Positions 20,560 to 30,348 of a stretch of 64,000 bases of DNA are shown piece after piece; the first letter of the stretch is position 1; every line of letters starts with the position of its first letter. Source of the stretch: Actinomycetota bacterium (lineage in GTDB: Bacteria; Actinomycetota; UBA4738; HRBIN12); the NCBI GenBank assembly GCA_040880745.1, contig JBBDHX010000030.1, positions 7,494 to 71,493 on the forward strand. Reading direction: 5' to 3'. Below the pieces are notes generated by a model. It did no database searches, was not told the origin of the DNA, and was given only the letters and a program-made list of their open reading frames with translations. The translations under genes were made by a program, and so were the position numbers.

Positions 20560-21776
20560 ACGACCTCGATCGCGAACTCAAGGATCTGTTCGAAACCAAG
20601 GCACGGAGCGTCGATGCGGGCTTGGTGGCCCCGGGAGCCGTGTTGCGCCGTGGGCGTCGCCGCCAGATCGGCATCGTTGCCGGCGGAGCGCTCGGTGGCG
20701 TCGCAGCGCTCATCGTCGCCGGCTCCCTCGCGCTCGCGCTGCTCGGCGACGGCAACGATGAGGTGCCCTCGAACCAGACGCCGAACGGTCCCTACGGCGA
20801 CCGCACCGCCATCATCGGAGGCTTCGGGGTGCAGGCCCCCGAAGGTTGGACCTTGATCGACCAGTGGCCGCTGGCCTCCATCATCTCGGTGGGGTCGACG
20901 TCGTGCACGGGATCGTTCAGCGCGGTCGGCGACCCGGTGGATGGAGCCAGCGAGCCCACGGTCGCGCGGTCCACGGCGCTCGGCGAGGAGGAGTGCACGA
21001 CCGAGCCCGCGTCGTTGCCGGCGGGCATCCCCGTCCTGCAGCTCTCGACGTATGACCCAGGACTCATGACGCCGGTGTGTGACGTCTTCGACCAGGGCAC
21101 CGGTGGGACGCTCCCTGCGGACGGGGTCGCGGTGTTCGTGACGGCCTTCCCGGGGACGAAGACGCCCGAGCAGGTCCAGCAGGCGCTGGCGGAAGCCTGC
21201 CCTGTGGCACCCGACATCGATTCGATCGTGCAGGGACCGTCGGTGACGTACGTGACCGCGACGTTCGCGGGATCGGACTCGGACCCGGCGCTGCTCGGGG
21301 CTGCCGCGAACGTCACCGACCTGGGCGGGCACGACACGCGCGAGTTGGCGCCGAGTCCACTGTCAGGGCCCGCCTACGTGATCGGCTCGGGCGTCACGGG
21401 CGGCGAGCGGTGGCAGGTCTCCGCCGGGGTCGACTTCAGCGAGGGCTATCTCTCCACCGTGTGGATGACGAGCTTCCGAGCGGATGGCTCCGTCACCGGG
21501 ACCCTTGCCCAGCCGTGGAGCGGCGGGAACGCCCCGGTCGCGTCGGCGCTCGACGTGGGCGACGCCGCCGTTGCGATCGCACTCATCCCCACGGGAAGCG
21601 GCGAGCCCCATTGGAAGACCGACACGGGGGTGGATGTGCCGCTCGATGAAGCCCCGTTCCCGAGCTCGCTCGCGGCGCTGACGTTGAAGCCTGTTCTCGA
21701 TGGCACGGCCGCGTGGGCTGAGGTGCCGGACGTGTCGGGAGCCGTCGTGACGGAGCTGGCATCGCCGACGGGCTAG
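20556..21776 (+). CDS. putative anti-sigma factor / single-pass membrane protein with large extracytoplasmic domain
   Basis: Translationally coupled to the ECF sigma gene. Cytoplasmic N-terminus of about 45 aa, one TM (IGIVAGGALGGVAALIVAGSLALALL), then an extracytoplasmic domain. Confidence 0.5.
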   Translation: MNDLDRELKDLFETKARSVDAGLVAPGAVLRRGRRRQIGIVAGGALGGVAALIVAGSLALALLGDGNDEVPSNQTPNGPYGDRTAIIGGFGVQAPEGWTLIDQWPLASIISVGSTSCTGSFSAVGDPVDGASEPTVARSTALGEEECTTEPASLPAGIPVLQLSTYDPGLMTPVCDVFDQGTGGTLPADGVAVFVTAFPGTKTPEQVQQALAEACPVAPDIDSIVQGPSVTYVTATFAGSDSDPALLGAAANVTDLGGHDTRELAPSPLSGPAYVIGSGVTGGERWQVSAGVDFSEGYLSTVWMTSFRADGSVTGTLAQPWSGGNAPVASALDVGDAAVAIALIPTGSGEPHWKTDTGVDVPLDEAPFPSSLAALTLKPVLDGTAAWAEVPDVSGAVVTELASPTG

Positions 21777-22753
21777 ACCTGGTTCGCGCCGCCGAAGATC
21801 TCCGAAACGCTCGAGTCCTCGAAGACCGCGCGGAGGGCAGACGCGATCAGCGGGGCGATCGAGAGCACCCGGAGCTTCGAGAACTGCTTCTCCTCCGGGA
21901 TCGGGACGGTGTTGGTCACGATCACCTGCTCGATGGGTGCATCTTCGAGGTTCTGGCGTGCCTTGCCGCTGAAGATCGCGTGGGTCGCGCCGGCGTAGAT
22001 CGGACCGGCCCCCATCGCCGCCAGCGCGCGGGCTCCCATCGTGAGCGTCCCCGCGGTATCGATCATGTCGTCGACCACCACGCAGGGGCGCCCGTCCACC
22101 TCGCCGACCACCGCGCTCTCTTCGATCTTGTGCGCCTCCTTGCGGGAGCGGCGCTTGTAGAGGAACGCCAGGTCCGCGTGCAGGTACTCGCGGAGTTTCT
22201 CGGCGGTCTTGATGCGACCGGCATCCGGAGCGACCACCACCAGGTCCTCCCCCTGCAGCCCGAGCTGGTCCTTCAGGTAGTTCGCGAGCAGCGGCAGCGC
22301 CGTCAGGTGGTCGAAAGGCGCGTCGAAGTACCCCTGGATCTGTCCCGAGTGCAGGTCGACCGACACGACGCGGTCGGCGCCGGCGGTGGAGAGCAGGTCC
22401 GCCACGAGCTTCGCGCTGATCGGCTCGCGTGAGACCGCCTTCTTGTCCTGCCGCGAGTAGCCGTAGTACGGGACGACCGCGCTGATCCGTTTGGCGCTCG
22501 CACGCTTCATCGCGTCGATCATGATGAGTTGCTCCATGATCGCCTCGTTGACCGGCTCGTAGTGCGTCTGGACGACGAAGACATCCGCGCCGCGGACGGA
22601 CTCGTCGGCGCGGAAGTAGATCTCGCCGCTCGCGAAACGGCGGAGCTCACCTTGGCTCACGGGGATGCCGAGGTTGTCGGCGATCTCGTGCGCGAGCGTC
22701 GGGTGGATGGTGCCGGAGTAGAGCATCATCCGCTTCTTGGTGATGATCTCCAT
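21773..22753 (-). CDS. prs: ribose-phosphate pyrophosphokinase
   Basis: Begins MEIITKKRMMLYSGTIHPTLAHEIADNLGIP. PRPP-binding motif VVVDDMIDTAGT. Confidence 0.95.
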   Translation of the reverse strand: MEIITKKRMMLYSGTIHPTLAHEIADNLGIPVSQGELRRFASGEIYFRADESVRGADVFVVQTHYEPVNEAIMEQLIMIDAMKRASAKRISAVVPYYGYSRQDKKAVSREPISAKLVADLLSTAGADRVVSVDLHSGQIQGYFDAPFDHLTALPLLANYLKDQLGLQGEDLVVVAPDAGRIKTAEKLREYLHADLAFLYKRRSRKEAHKIEESAVVGEVDGRPCVVVDDMIDTAGTLTMGARALAAMGAGPIYAGATHAIFSGKARQNLEDAPIEQVIVTNTVPIPEEKQFSKLRVLSIAPLIASALRAVFEDSSVSEIFGGANQV

Positions 22754-22756
22754 CGC

Positions 22757-24184
22757 CTAAGCCCCCTTCGGCTTCCGCGTGCTCTTGGCGTCCTTGCGCG
22801 TGCGGTACCCCGGCACGGTTCGCTGATCCGATCGCTCGACGGCGAGCGCGCCGTCGGGAACGTCGCTCGTGATCACGGACCCCGCTCCCGTCACGGCTCC
22901 CTTCCCGATCCGCACCGGCGCCACCAGCATCGTATCCGACCCGATCCGGGCTCCGTCTCCGATCGAGGTCTCGTGTTTGGCGTACCCGTCGTAGTTCACG
23001 GTGATCGAACCCGCGCCGATGTTCACGTTCTCGCCGATGGAAGCGTCACCGACGTAGGACAGGTGCGGGATCTTCGACCCGCGGCCGATCGTGGCCTCCT
23101 TCATATCCACGAACGCCCCGGCGCGTGAGCGGTCGGCCATGTCCACACCGGGACGGAGCCGCACGAACGGCCCGACCTGGACGTCGCGCCCGATCCTGGA
23201 GCCGAGCACCACGGAGAACCAGACCTCGGAGCGGTCGCCCACGGTGGAGTCCTGTACCACGGTCGACGGTCCGATCGTGCAGCCGCGACCGATGACGCTC
23301 GCGCCTTGGATGAAGGAGTTCGGGTAGATGACCGAGTCCGGCCCGATCCGGACCCCGACATCGATATAGGTCGCTGAGGGATCGACCAGGGTGACCCCGC
23401 TGGCCATGTGCCCGGCGTTGATGCGGCCCCTGTACAGCCGTTCGACGGCAGCGAGGCCCTCGCGGGAGTTGAGCCCCATCACCCCAGCGGTGTCGCACAC
23501 GACGGCTTCGATGCGCTCCCCGGAGGCCAGCAACATCGGGACGACACGGTTCAGGTAGTACTCCCGCTGACGGTTGCTCCTGTCCAGCTTCGGCAGCGCG
23601 CGGAACAGGTCGGCTCGGCGGAAGACCATCCAATTGGTGGCGACCTCCGTGATAGCGCGGATCTCGGGTGTGGCGTCGACGCCCTCCACGACGTCGACCA
23701 CCCGGCCACGAGGGTCACGGACCACCCGGCCGTACCCGCCCGGTTGATGCAGGTCCGCCGACGCGATCGTGACAACGGCGGCGGTCCGACGGTGGCGGCG
23801 GAGCAGAGCGCGGATGTCCTCGGGCCGCACCGGATCGAGGTCGCCGTTGGCCACCAGGACCTCGTCCACCGTTCCCACCGCCCGCTTCGCCGCGAGCACC
23901 GCGTGGCCCGTCCCCAACTGCTCCGCCTGCGTCACGAACACGGGAGCCGGCGTGAGCCCCCACGAGCGAACGGCATCTCGGACGTCATCGCCGCCGTGCC
24001 CGATGACCACCACGATCTTCGCCGGCTTGGCCGCGAGGACGAGCTGCAGGACGTGCCAGAGGGCCGGTTCGCCGGCAACGGGATGCAGAACCTTCGGGGT
24101 CCGGGAACGGAGACGCTTGCCCTTGCCTGCGGCCAGGACGACCGCGGCGAGCGTGCGTGGAAGTCGCGCTGCCATGAGGGATCC
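22757..24184 (-). CDS. glmU: bifunctional UDP-N-acetylglucosamine pyrophosphorylase / glucosamine-1-phosphate N-acetyltransferase
   Basis: Begins MAARLPRTLAAVVLAAGKGKRLRS, a nucleotidyltransferase GxGTRx motif. C-terminal left-handed beta-helix hexapeptide repeats. Start at the internal ATG of ORF 22757..24448. Confidence 0.9.
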   Translation of the reverse strand, partial: GSLMAARLPRTLAAVVLAAGKGKRLRSRTPKVLHPVAGEPALWHVLQLVLAAKPAKIVVVIGHGGDDVRDAVRSWGLTPAPVFVTQAEQLGTGHAVLAAKRAVGTVDEVLVANGDLDPVRPEDIRALLRRHRRTAAVVTIASADLHQPGGYGRVVRDPRGRVVDVVEGVDATPEIRAITEVATNWMVFRRADLFRALPKLDRSNRQREYYLNRVVPMLLASGERIEAVVCDTAGVMGLNSREGLAAVERLYRGRINAGHMASGVTLVDPSATYIDVGVRIGPDSVIYPNSFIQGASVIGRGCTIGPSTVVQDSTVGDRSEVWFSVVLGSRIGRDVQVGPFVRLRPGVDMADRSRAGAFVDMKEATIGRGSKIPHLSYVGDASIGENVNIGAGSITVNYDGYAKHETSIGDGARIGSDTMLVAPVRIGKGAVTGAGSVITSDVPDGALAVERSDQRTVPGYRTRKDAKSTRKPKGA

Positions 24185-24223
24185 GTATCGTCCCACACGA
24201 GACTCGCCTCGAGAGGTTCCGGG

Positions 24224-24300
24224 GGGAGGGATCCCGAAGAGCCCGACTGCGATGGAAACCTTGACAAGTCCGAGGGCGTGTGTTGATCGGTGCACTCCGG
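24224..24300. repeat. R0: direct repeat of the tRNA-Gln 3-prime end (putative distal att site of the island)
   Basis: ggttccggggggagggatc is identical over 19 nt to the tRNA 3-prime end at 32470-32488. It is followed by the family motifs ccgaag, cttgacaag and cgtgtgt. Confidence 0.6.
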
Positions 24301-24302
24301 GC

Positions 24303-25568
24303 CTAGGCATCGGTGAGGGCTCGTGCCGCCACCGTTTCGGCGTGCTCGAAAGCTGGGGCCATCTGCTCGATCTCCACCTTGGGGATGTTGCGTTCGGCGG
24401 CCAACTCACTCCAGCGGCTCGTCGCGACCAGAACCTCCCGGAGCACATCGACGCTGTCCTGTTCGTTCAACCGGAAGAGGGGCGCCACGGACATGAGCGT
24501 CTCGACGCTCGCCGTCGTGTCCGCCTCATCGATGGCGGTCGCCAGGTGCTTTCGGCCCGCGGACGGATCCGGGTTCAAGTCGAATGCGGGCGAGAGTCTC
24601 CATGCGCTACCGCCTGCGTGGAGGAAGGCGTGGTTCCGCAGGTGGTCGTCCGTGTTGGAGATCAGGATCGTGAACGCTATCCGTCTCCATAGTTCACGCA
24701 GGTCTTCGGTCGCCCGGGGGGAGACTTCCTCGATCGCAGAGGCTATCTCCAGATAGCTCCCTACGGCGCCGTGCTCGGCCTCCAGCATCGTCATCGCACT
24801 CACGTAACCGATCCGCCGGTGCCCTTCGCGGTCGAAGCGATGAACGATGAGGACGCTGCGGTCAGCCACCCGCAACAACTCCGACCTGGGAACGAGGATG
24901 CCTGCCAGGAGGGCAAGATCGAGCGCCACACTCTCCCAGGCCGTCACATCCCACGGATCGAACCTGGAACTGGGGAACTTCGCGATGGCGATGCGGCCTT
25001 CGTTGTCGATCACATGGGCCTTCGGGCGTGCCCCGCCAAGGGAGCTTCCTCCGCGAAGCAGGTCACGAAGCTCCTCTTCCGTCTCCGCTTCAGACTCGAG
25101 GTGTTCGGCTGCAAGGAGCAGGGTCCCGAGATCGGTTGCGTGTGGAACCCCCGAGTCCTCGTCGCCCAGGAAGACGCCGGTATCTGGATCGCGGAAGCGG
25201 AGTGCCCCCTGGCGGAGGTCATCTCTGACACCGAGTAGGAAGTCGATCTCGCCGAGCGAGCGAGCCGTTCCGCCTTCAGCGGTCGCCCGGCGCCGTTCTT
25301 CTCGCATGATCAGGTTGCGTCCCCAGCGGTCGGGAGCTGCGTCAGCGAATGCCCTGAACATGGAGAGACCTACTGGCGTCTGGAGTCCGCCCTGTACCAA
25401 CGGCAAGGACGGGTCGAGCGCGTAGGCGTCTGGGCGGGTCAGGTAAGCGGGGTCGTATGAGAACGAGGCGGACTCTCGACCTCCCCGCCGATGAGAGAAC
25501 AGGGATCCGGCGAGAACGTCCTCGCCGTCGATCGCGACGACGACCTGGGTCGGTCCCGCAGCCATCAC
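24303..25568 (-). CDS. hipA: type II toxin HipA-like serine/threonine kinase
   Basis: HipA N-terminal and C-terminal domains (VAIDGEDVLAGSL..., catalytic-loop region NTDDHLRNHAF). 4-nt overlap with the upstream HTH gene. Confidence 0.8.
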   Translation of the reverse strand: MMAAGPTQVVVAIDGEDVLAGSLFSHRRGGRESASFSYDPAYLTRPDAYALDPSLPLVQGGLQTPVGLSMFRAFADAAPDRWGRNLIMREERRRATAEGGTARSLGEIDFLLGVRDDLRQGALRFRDPDTGVFLGDEDSGVPHATDLGTLLLAAEHLESEAETEEELRDLLRGGSSLGGARPKAHVIDNEGRIAIAKFPSSRFDPWDVTAWESVALDLALLAGILVPRSELLRVADRSVLIVHRFDREGHRRIGYVSAMTMLEAEHGAVGSYLEIASAIEEVSPRATEDLRELWRRIAFTILISNTDDHLRNHAFLHAGGSAWRLSPAFDLNPDPSAGRKHLATAIDEADTTASVETLMSVAPLFRLNEQDSVDVLREVLVATSRWSELAAERNIPKVEIEQMAPAFEHAETVAARALTDA

Positions 25569-25888
25569 GAAGACCGGGGTTGCCGCACGCGGGTTGGGAG
25601 CCTCTCATCGGTTCTGAGGCGCCCAACGTCGGTGGCGTACGGGTCAAGGGCGGCGGCCAACTTGTCCAGCACGCCGAGAGCGCGGGCTACTCGCAGAGTG
25701 TTCTCGAGGCTGGTCGAGCCTTCTCCATGCTCCAGGCTGCGAAGGGTCTTCACGTCGACGCCCGCACGGTCCGCGACCTGTGCAGCGGTGAGCCGTTGCA
25801 GCTTGCGCCATGTGACGATGTCCTCCCCCAGCTGGCGGAGTGCGCGCTGCACCGGGATCGGTATAGGCCTAGTCGCATTCCTTACCAT
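25565..25888 (-). CDS. hipB: HipB-like XRE-family HTH antitoxin
   Basis: HTH segment LTAAQVADRAGVDVKTLRSLEHGE. Coupled to hipA by an ATGA-type overlap. Confidence 0.7.
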   Translation of the reverse strand: MVRNATRPIPIPVQRALRQLGEDIVTWRKLQRLTAAQVADRAGVDVKTLRSLEHGEGSTSLENTLRVARALGVLDKLAAALDPYATDVGRLRTDERLPTRVRQPRSS

Positions 25889-25906
25889 AACAGGGAGGAT
25901 ACTACC

Positions 25907-25923
25907 GCTTAGACGCTCTAAGC
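25907..25923. promoter_or_regulatory. perfect palindrome gcttagaCGCtctaagc about 19 nt upstream of the hipB start; candidate HipB operator
   Basis: 7-3-7 inverted repeat in the lower-GC divergent promoter region between hipB and the lipoprotein gene. Confidence 0.4.
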
Positions 25924-26091
25924 GCCGATCTATTCCCTCTTATTCACGTTCGGGCGTCGTAGGACGCGCGACGTTCAGAGCGCACGCGCCGCCCACTTTC
26001 GAGATACAAGGATCGCAGGAATTCGATCACGCCGAGAAGATCCCCGAGGAAGGGGAGTCACAGGCTAACTCGGCCACGGCATGATCTAGCG

Positions 26092-26907
26092 ATGGGAAGG
26101 CCGGGCCTCCTACTCATCGTCTCATCCGCCGTGAGGAGCCGGGCCTTCGTGCTCAGTCTCACGGTGCTAGCCGCAGCTTGTACGTCAGCGCGACCAGAGG
26201 GCTCGCAGCCTGCCTCCTCCGATCCTCTATCGGCGGGAACGACCGAGTCCCCCGCGCCATCGGGTCAGTATGGCTTCCTCGGAGTGAGCCTCCGCGTCCG
26301 GTACGAGGGCACGATCTTCACGGAAGGAGCTCTCGCCTTCGTCGAGGTGCGTGACCCCTCAGGAGGGGTCGTCGGCAGGGATCGCTCGAAACAAGCGCGA
26401 GTCGTCCTGCCCCTCCAACTCGCCTCTGGTGACTACGAGGTGAGGACGTATCTCCGACCCTGTGTGGGGTCATGTGCCGCCCTCGATCCGCCACGAGACC
26501 AGTGCCGCGTCCCTGTCGAGATACCCGACGACGACGCCCCGAGGTTCGTATCCATCGAAGTGGTGGCGGTGGTCGGAGACTGCCACGTGTCCGACGATGG
26601 CGCCGCGGTTTTCGAGGCGAGCCTTCCCGGTTCGCCCTCGGTCGAAGTCGGCCAGCCGAACCCGATCAAGCTCTTCACGCACTGCGGTATCGACCAAGCG
26701 GCCGTTGACTTCGATGGGAACTGGTGGGACCTCGTCCCCGCGTCGGTGAAGGGCGAGTTCAACGAACCGTTCACCGAGGGCACGCTGACCCTGCTGCCGG
26801 AGGGCACTGCCACCTTCGACGCGCCACCCCAAGGTCTGGCAACCAAGGGCGCCGAGGCTCGGTTCGTCAGACACGAAGGTCCCATCCAGCTGTCTGGCTG
26901 CTACTGA
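26092..26907 (+). CDS. hypothetical lipoprotein
   Basis: Signal peptide with lipobox LAAAC; no recognisable domain. Confidence 0.6.
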   Translation: MGRPGLLLIVSSAVRSRAFVLSLTVLAAACTSARPEGSQPASSDPLSAGTTESPAPSGQYGFLGVSLRVRYEGTIFTEGALAFVEVRDPSGGVVGRDRSKQARVVLPLQLASGDYEVRTYLRPCVGSCAALDPPRDQCRVPVEIPDDDAPRFVSIEVVAVVGDCHVSDDGAAVFEASLPGSPSVEVGQPNPIKLFTHCGIDQAAVDFDGNWWDLVPASVKGEFNEPFTEGTLTLLPEGTATFDAPPQGLATKGAEARFVRHEGPIQLSGCY

Positions 26908-26949
26908 GTGACGGCCGCCGGGACGGGTCCTCAGACGGTCGAGCACTCG

Positions 26950-27120
26950 TTCCGGGGGGAGGAGGAACGGATCGACCGACACACGCTCACCTGCATGTCA
27001 AGTTTCGATCCCACCGTGCGCACGCCTTGACAAGCCCTAGAACCGTGTGTCGCTCCGATCCAGGGGTCAGGAATGCTTACCGGCGCCTACCGCTCACACC
27101 GCCACCCTTTCCGTCCGGAC
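26950..27120. repeat. R1: member of the roughly 160-nt structured repeat family that starts with the tRNA 3-prime core gttccggggggagg
   Basis: Shares gacacacgctcacctgcatgtcaagtt...cttgacaag...ccgtgtgtcg...gcttacc with R2, R3 and R4. Confidence 0.6.
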
Positions 27121-27441
27121 CACCATCGAGTCGGGTAGCGTTCCGGACGTGAGCCAGACTTCTCCGAACGCACAACTTTGCGGATCGTTGACCACCATCT
27201 TGTGCGAATGTGAGCGGGAGCGTCTTGAGGGTGCCGTTGGTAGCGCGCCGCTGGGAAGGTTGACGCGCCAGTGAATGTCCCGAGTCTCCAACCGAAGGCG
27301 TCCGTGCGGGAAGGGAACTCGACTTGCGGACACGGCGACGGGCGAAGCGTCGGTTCGCCGTGAAAGGAAGGCGCGGTCTGTGAGCCTCGTGCAGTGCGCG
27401 AGGTCGGCACCAAGGCGAGTGCTGACGTGTAAGAGAACCCC

Positions 27442-27954
27442 GTGATGGACGAAACCGGCCGGCCTCTCGCATCCAGCGGCTCCGTCGAAGTCCGCGTGCT
27501 GACCGCGCCGACCCGTGCCGAGATCGACCAGCTCGCGGAGATCTTCGACCGGTATCGCCTCCACTATGGCGAAGCTGCTGACGCGTTACGGACGGCGAGT
27601 TGGCTGGAAGAGAACATCAGCAGCGGCCGCCTCGAAGCCTTCGTAGCGGAAGACAAAGGTGCGTTCGTCGGCTTTGCCATCACGATGACCGTTCCCGCAT
27701 CGCTGCGGCTCGGCCACTTCTGGCAGATCAGAGATATCTTCGTCTTGCCGAGCCATCGTCGCCTTCGCGTCGGTCGCACGCTGCTCGACTTCATTCGCGC
27801 CGCCGCAGTCAGAGCGGGTGCCTTACGCTTGGTCTTGCAGACGGAGGCCGACAACACCCCCGCCCTTCGTCTCTATGCCGAGAGCGGCTACACGGCGGTC
27901 GAGGGCTATCGCTCACTGACGCTGCCACTGACGCCTGATTCCCGGGGGAGCTAA
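27442..27954 (+). CDS. GNAT family N-acetyltransferase
   Basis: Acetyl-CoA binding motif RRLRVGRTLLDFIRAAAVRAGALRLVL...LYAESGY. Confidence 0.75.
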   Translation: MMDETGRPLASSGSVEVRVLTAPTRAEIDQLAEIFDRYRLHYGEAADALRTASWLEENISSGRLEAFVAEDKGAFVGFAITMTVPASLRLGHFWQIRDIFVLPSHRRLRVGRTLLDFIRAAAVRAGALRLVLQTEADNTPALRLYAESGYTAVEGYRSLTLPLTPDSRGS

Positions 27955-28136
27955 CCGGATTTCGTGTTTCTACGATGGCCGGCGGATCTACGACTCCTAC
28001 TCGCGACCACCGATCTTCGACTCGTCGATCCAACCGTACGAAGATCAGACGCACAAGGATCGGGTGCCTTGGTCGACGCGATGTTGTACCTCGCGAAACT
28101 CGAACTCCGATGAGCCCCTAGGGCCGTGATGCATCG

Positions 28137-28330
28137 TTCGGGGGGGAGGATAGGGCAAGCACGCCACACACGCTGACCTGCATGTCAAGCTGCACGTTCA
28201 GGATCCGATTTGAACTTGACAGGGTTCCGACCGTGTGTCGGGCGCTCAGGGCTTTCTGGACGCTTACTCCCGTTTACCAGCCAACGCGGCCACACGGATG
28301 GCCTCCGCCGTGTCAAGTCGGCCCCAGGAG
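28137..28330. repeat. R2: structured repeat family member (gttcgggggggagga...)
   Basis: ccacacacgctgacctgcatgtcaagct...cttgacagg...ccgtgtgtcgggcgctcagg...gcttactcccgtttacc. Lies between the convergent GNAT and VOC genes. Confidence 0.6.
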
Positions 28331-28460
28331 CCAGGTTCCTCGCGGTCACCTGGGCAGTCGCTCAAGCGGTGCTGGTCGCGACGGTTCCTCCGTCCGGCGA
28401 GCGGGCTGTTGGCCCGGCCCTGCACCGTGAGGTTGAGCCGCGGTCGGGGTGTCGGCGGGA

Positions 28461-28880
28461 TCAAGGGACGCCGGGACGGTGAGGCGCGTCGATCACCGGA
28501 TCGGGCGCATGCCATACGGCCTCGACGTTGTTCTGATGCAAGTCGTTCACGAATGCGGCGTAGTACCGCTCGGAGTACTGCGTCCACACGCCGGGCTCGC
28601 CCCGGATCGTGGCACCGTTCGCGACCGCGGCCTCGAAGAACGCGTCTACCTCCTCCCGACCCTCGGCGGAGAATGCAACATGAGCCGCCGTGGTCGCGGG
28701 CTCCCCCTGGCAGATCGTGAAGTCGTCCAGGTCCTCGGCCCCGTAGCTGACACAGTCGTCCTGAGCGTGAAGTTCTTCGTAGCCGAGTGGGGCGAGGGCT
28801 GCCGTATAGAACCGTCGGCTCGCGTCCAGGTCAGCCACGACGAAGAGCACGTGATCGACGATCACGCGCCGAACGCTCAT
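28461..28880 (-). CDS. VOC (glyoxalase/bleomycin resistance/dioxygenase) family protein
   Basis: Begins VDHVLFVVADLDASRRFYTAALAPLGY; paired beta-alpha-beta-beta-beta modules. Confidence 0.75.
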   Translation of the reverse strand: MSVRRVIVDHVLFVVADLDASRRFYTAALAPLGYEELHAQDDCVSYGAEDLDDFTICQGEPATTAAHVAFSAEGREEVDAFFEAAVANGATIRGEPGVWTQYSERYYAAFVNDLHQNNVEAVWHAPDPVIDAPHRPGVP

Positions 28881-28948
28881 CAGTCAACGCTATCAACACC
28901 GCGCATCCGACTCCAGCAACTTGACGTGCCAGAATGCCCTCTCAGAGT

Positions 28949-29110
28949 TGTTCCGGGGGGGAGGAAGTCCGAAGCAAGCGACACACGACCTCCTCGGTGT
29001 GAAGTTGGCAGTGGGACGCTAGCCACGACCCACGCCCGTGTGTCGAACGTTCAGCTGGTCTCGAACCGCTTACTGCCGCTTACCGGCAGCAACCTCCCCA
29101 CGTAAGAACC
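28949..29110. repeat. R3: structured repeat family member
   Basis: gttccgggggggaggaagtccgaagcaagcgacacacg...ccgtgtgtcgaacg...gcttactgccgcttacc, about 80 percent identical to R4. Lies upstream of the ECF sigma gene at 29210. Confidence 0.6.
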
Positions 29111-29209
29111 ATGCCGTGTCAAGGAGGATCGGTCCAGCGCCCTCGCTCGTGCGGAGGCTCCTGAGCCTGCCTCGTTAACCTTTCGAGGGCCTTCGGGCTC
29201 GTATGAGGC

Positions 29210-29701
29210 GTGAAGATGAGCGACCGCAGTGTGGTGAAGAACGAACGCAACTATGTGGCCCTGTACCGGACCACCGGCGTTGCGCTGTGGCGTGCCATCT
29301 ACGTGTACAGCGGGGGCTCGCGGGACATCGCCGACGATGCCGTCGCCGAGGCGTTCGCAAGAGCGATCCAACACGACGACGCTATTCGACGGCCTGAATC
29401 CTGGCTCTATCGCACGGCCTTTCACGTCGCGGCTGCTGAGCTTCGACAGAAGCGGTTTCTCGTTGACGCCCCCGAGCGTGCTGGGGACGAGGCGGTGGAC
29501 TTGACCGACCTCACGAAGGCTCTGCGCAGGCTGTCGCCGAATCAGCGTGCAGCCGTCTACCTCTTCTACCAAGCGGACCTCCCCATTCGAGAAGTGGCGG
29601 CTCTGATGGGGACATCGGTCACGGCCGTCAAAGTCCATCTACATCGGGGGAGACACCGGTTGCGTGACCTGCTGGGAAGTGAGGAGGCGGGAGATGACTG
29701 A
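29210..29701 (+). CDS. ECF sigma factor
   Basis: Region 2 (DDAVAEAFARAIQH) and region 4 (LPIREVAALMGTSVTAVKVHLHRGRHRLR). Stop overlaps the next gene. Confidence 0.85.
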   Translation: MKMSDRSVVKNERNYVALYRTTGVALWRAIYVYSGGSRDIADDAVAEAFARAIQHDDAIRRPESWLYRTAFHVAAAELRQKRFLVDAPERAGDEAVDLTDLTKALRRLSPNQRAAVYLFYQADLPIREVAALMGTSVTAVKVHLHRGRHRLRDLLGSEEAGDD

Positions 29702-30290
29702 GCGTTGGCTAGTGGAGATGCAGAAGGTCGACCGTTTGGAGCCGATCCCCGACCTATTGGCGAGGGCAGAAGTTGGTCCCTCGCTCGCCGAACCCAGCCT
29801 TCGTCCGGGGCGACGGGTAGCGGCGGGGCTCGTCGCGCTGGTGATCGCCATCGCGGGAGGGTGGCTGGCATTCAGCACTCTCAACGACTCGGGCGGGCGA
29901 CAGGCGACGGACGACGGCTCCTCCAGCGTCGTCGGATGGCCAGATGCCTCCGTCGCGGAGGCTCAGAAGGTTCAAGACAAAGTGGACAGCGGTGCGCCCG
30001 AGGTGCAGTGGCGTACAGACGCTGCTGCGGCTGCTCTACGCTATGGGCAGACGGTACTCGGATGGCCTTCCCCGTTGGCCGGGGTGAACGCAACGGACGA
30101 TCCCGATGTCGTTGTCGTTTCCCTGCACGGGCCGGACGCCTCGTGCGCGGCTCCCTGTTCTGGCTCCGTGTCACCAAAGTCCATCGCGATACTGACCTTG
30201 CAGCGACTCGTGCGCGAAGGTGACGGCGGAATCTGGAGCGTTACCTCGGTGGCGGACCAAGATGCCTTTCCGACCCAGCCTGCAGGCTGA
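29695..30290 (+). CDS. putative anti-sigma factor (single-pass membrane protein)
   Basis: ATGA overlap with the sigma gene; cytoplasmic N-terminus, a TM (AAGLVALVIAIAGGWLAF), and an extracytoplasmic domain with Cys pairs. Confidence 0.5.
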
Positions 30291-30348
30291 GCGTCCTCGG
30301 AGCCGACCGTCGTTCGGAGCCGTCTGCAGGGAGAACAGGCGGTTCGTT

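Noticed and set aside
27047-27274. 75-aa ORF in the R1/GNAT intergenic region
   Set aside because: No RBS, no recognisable sequence features, and it overlaps the conserved repeat element. More likely non-coding.
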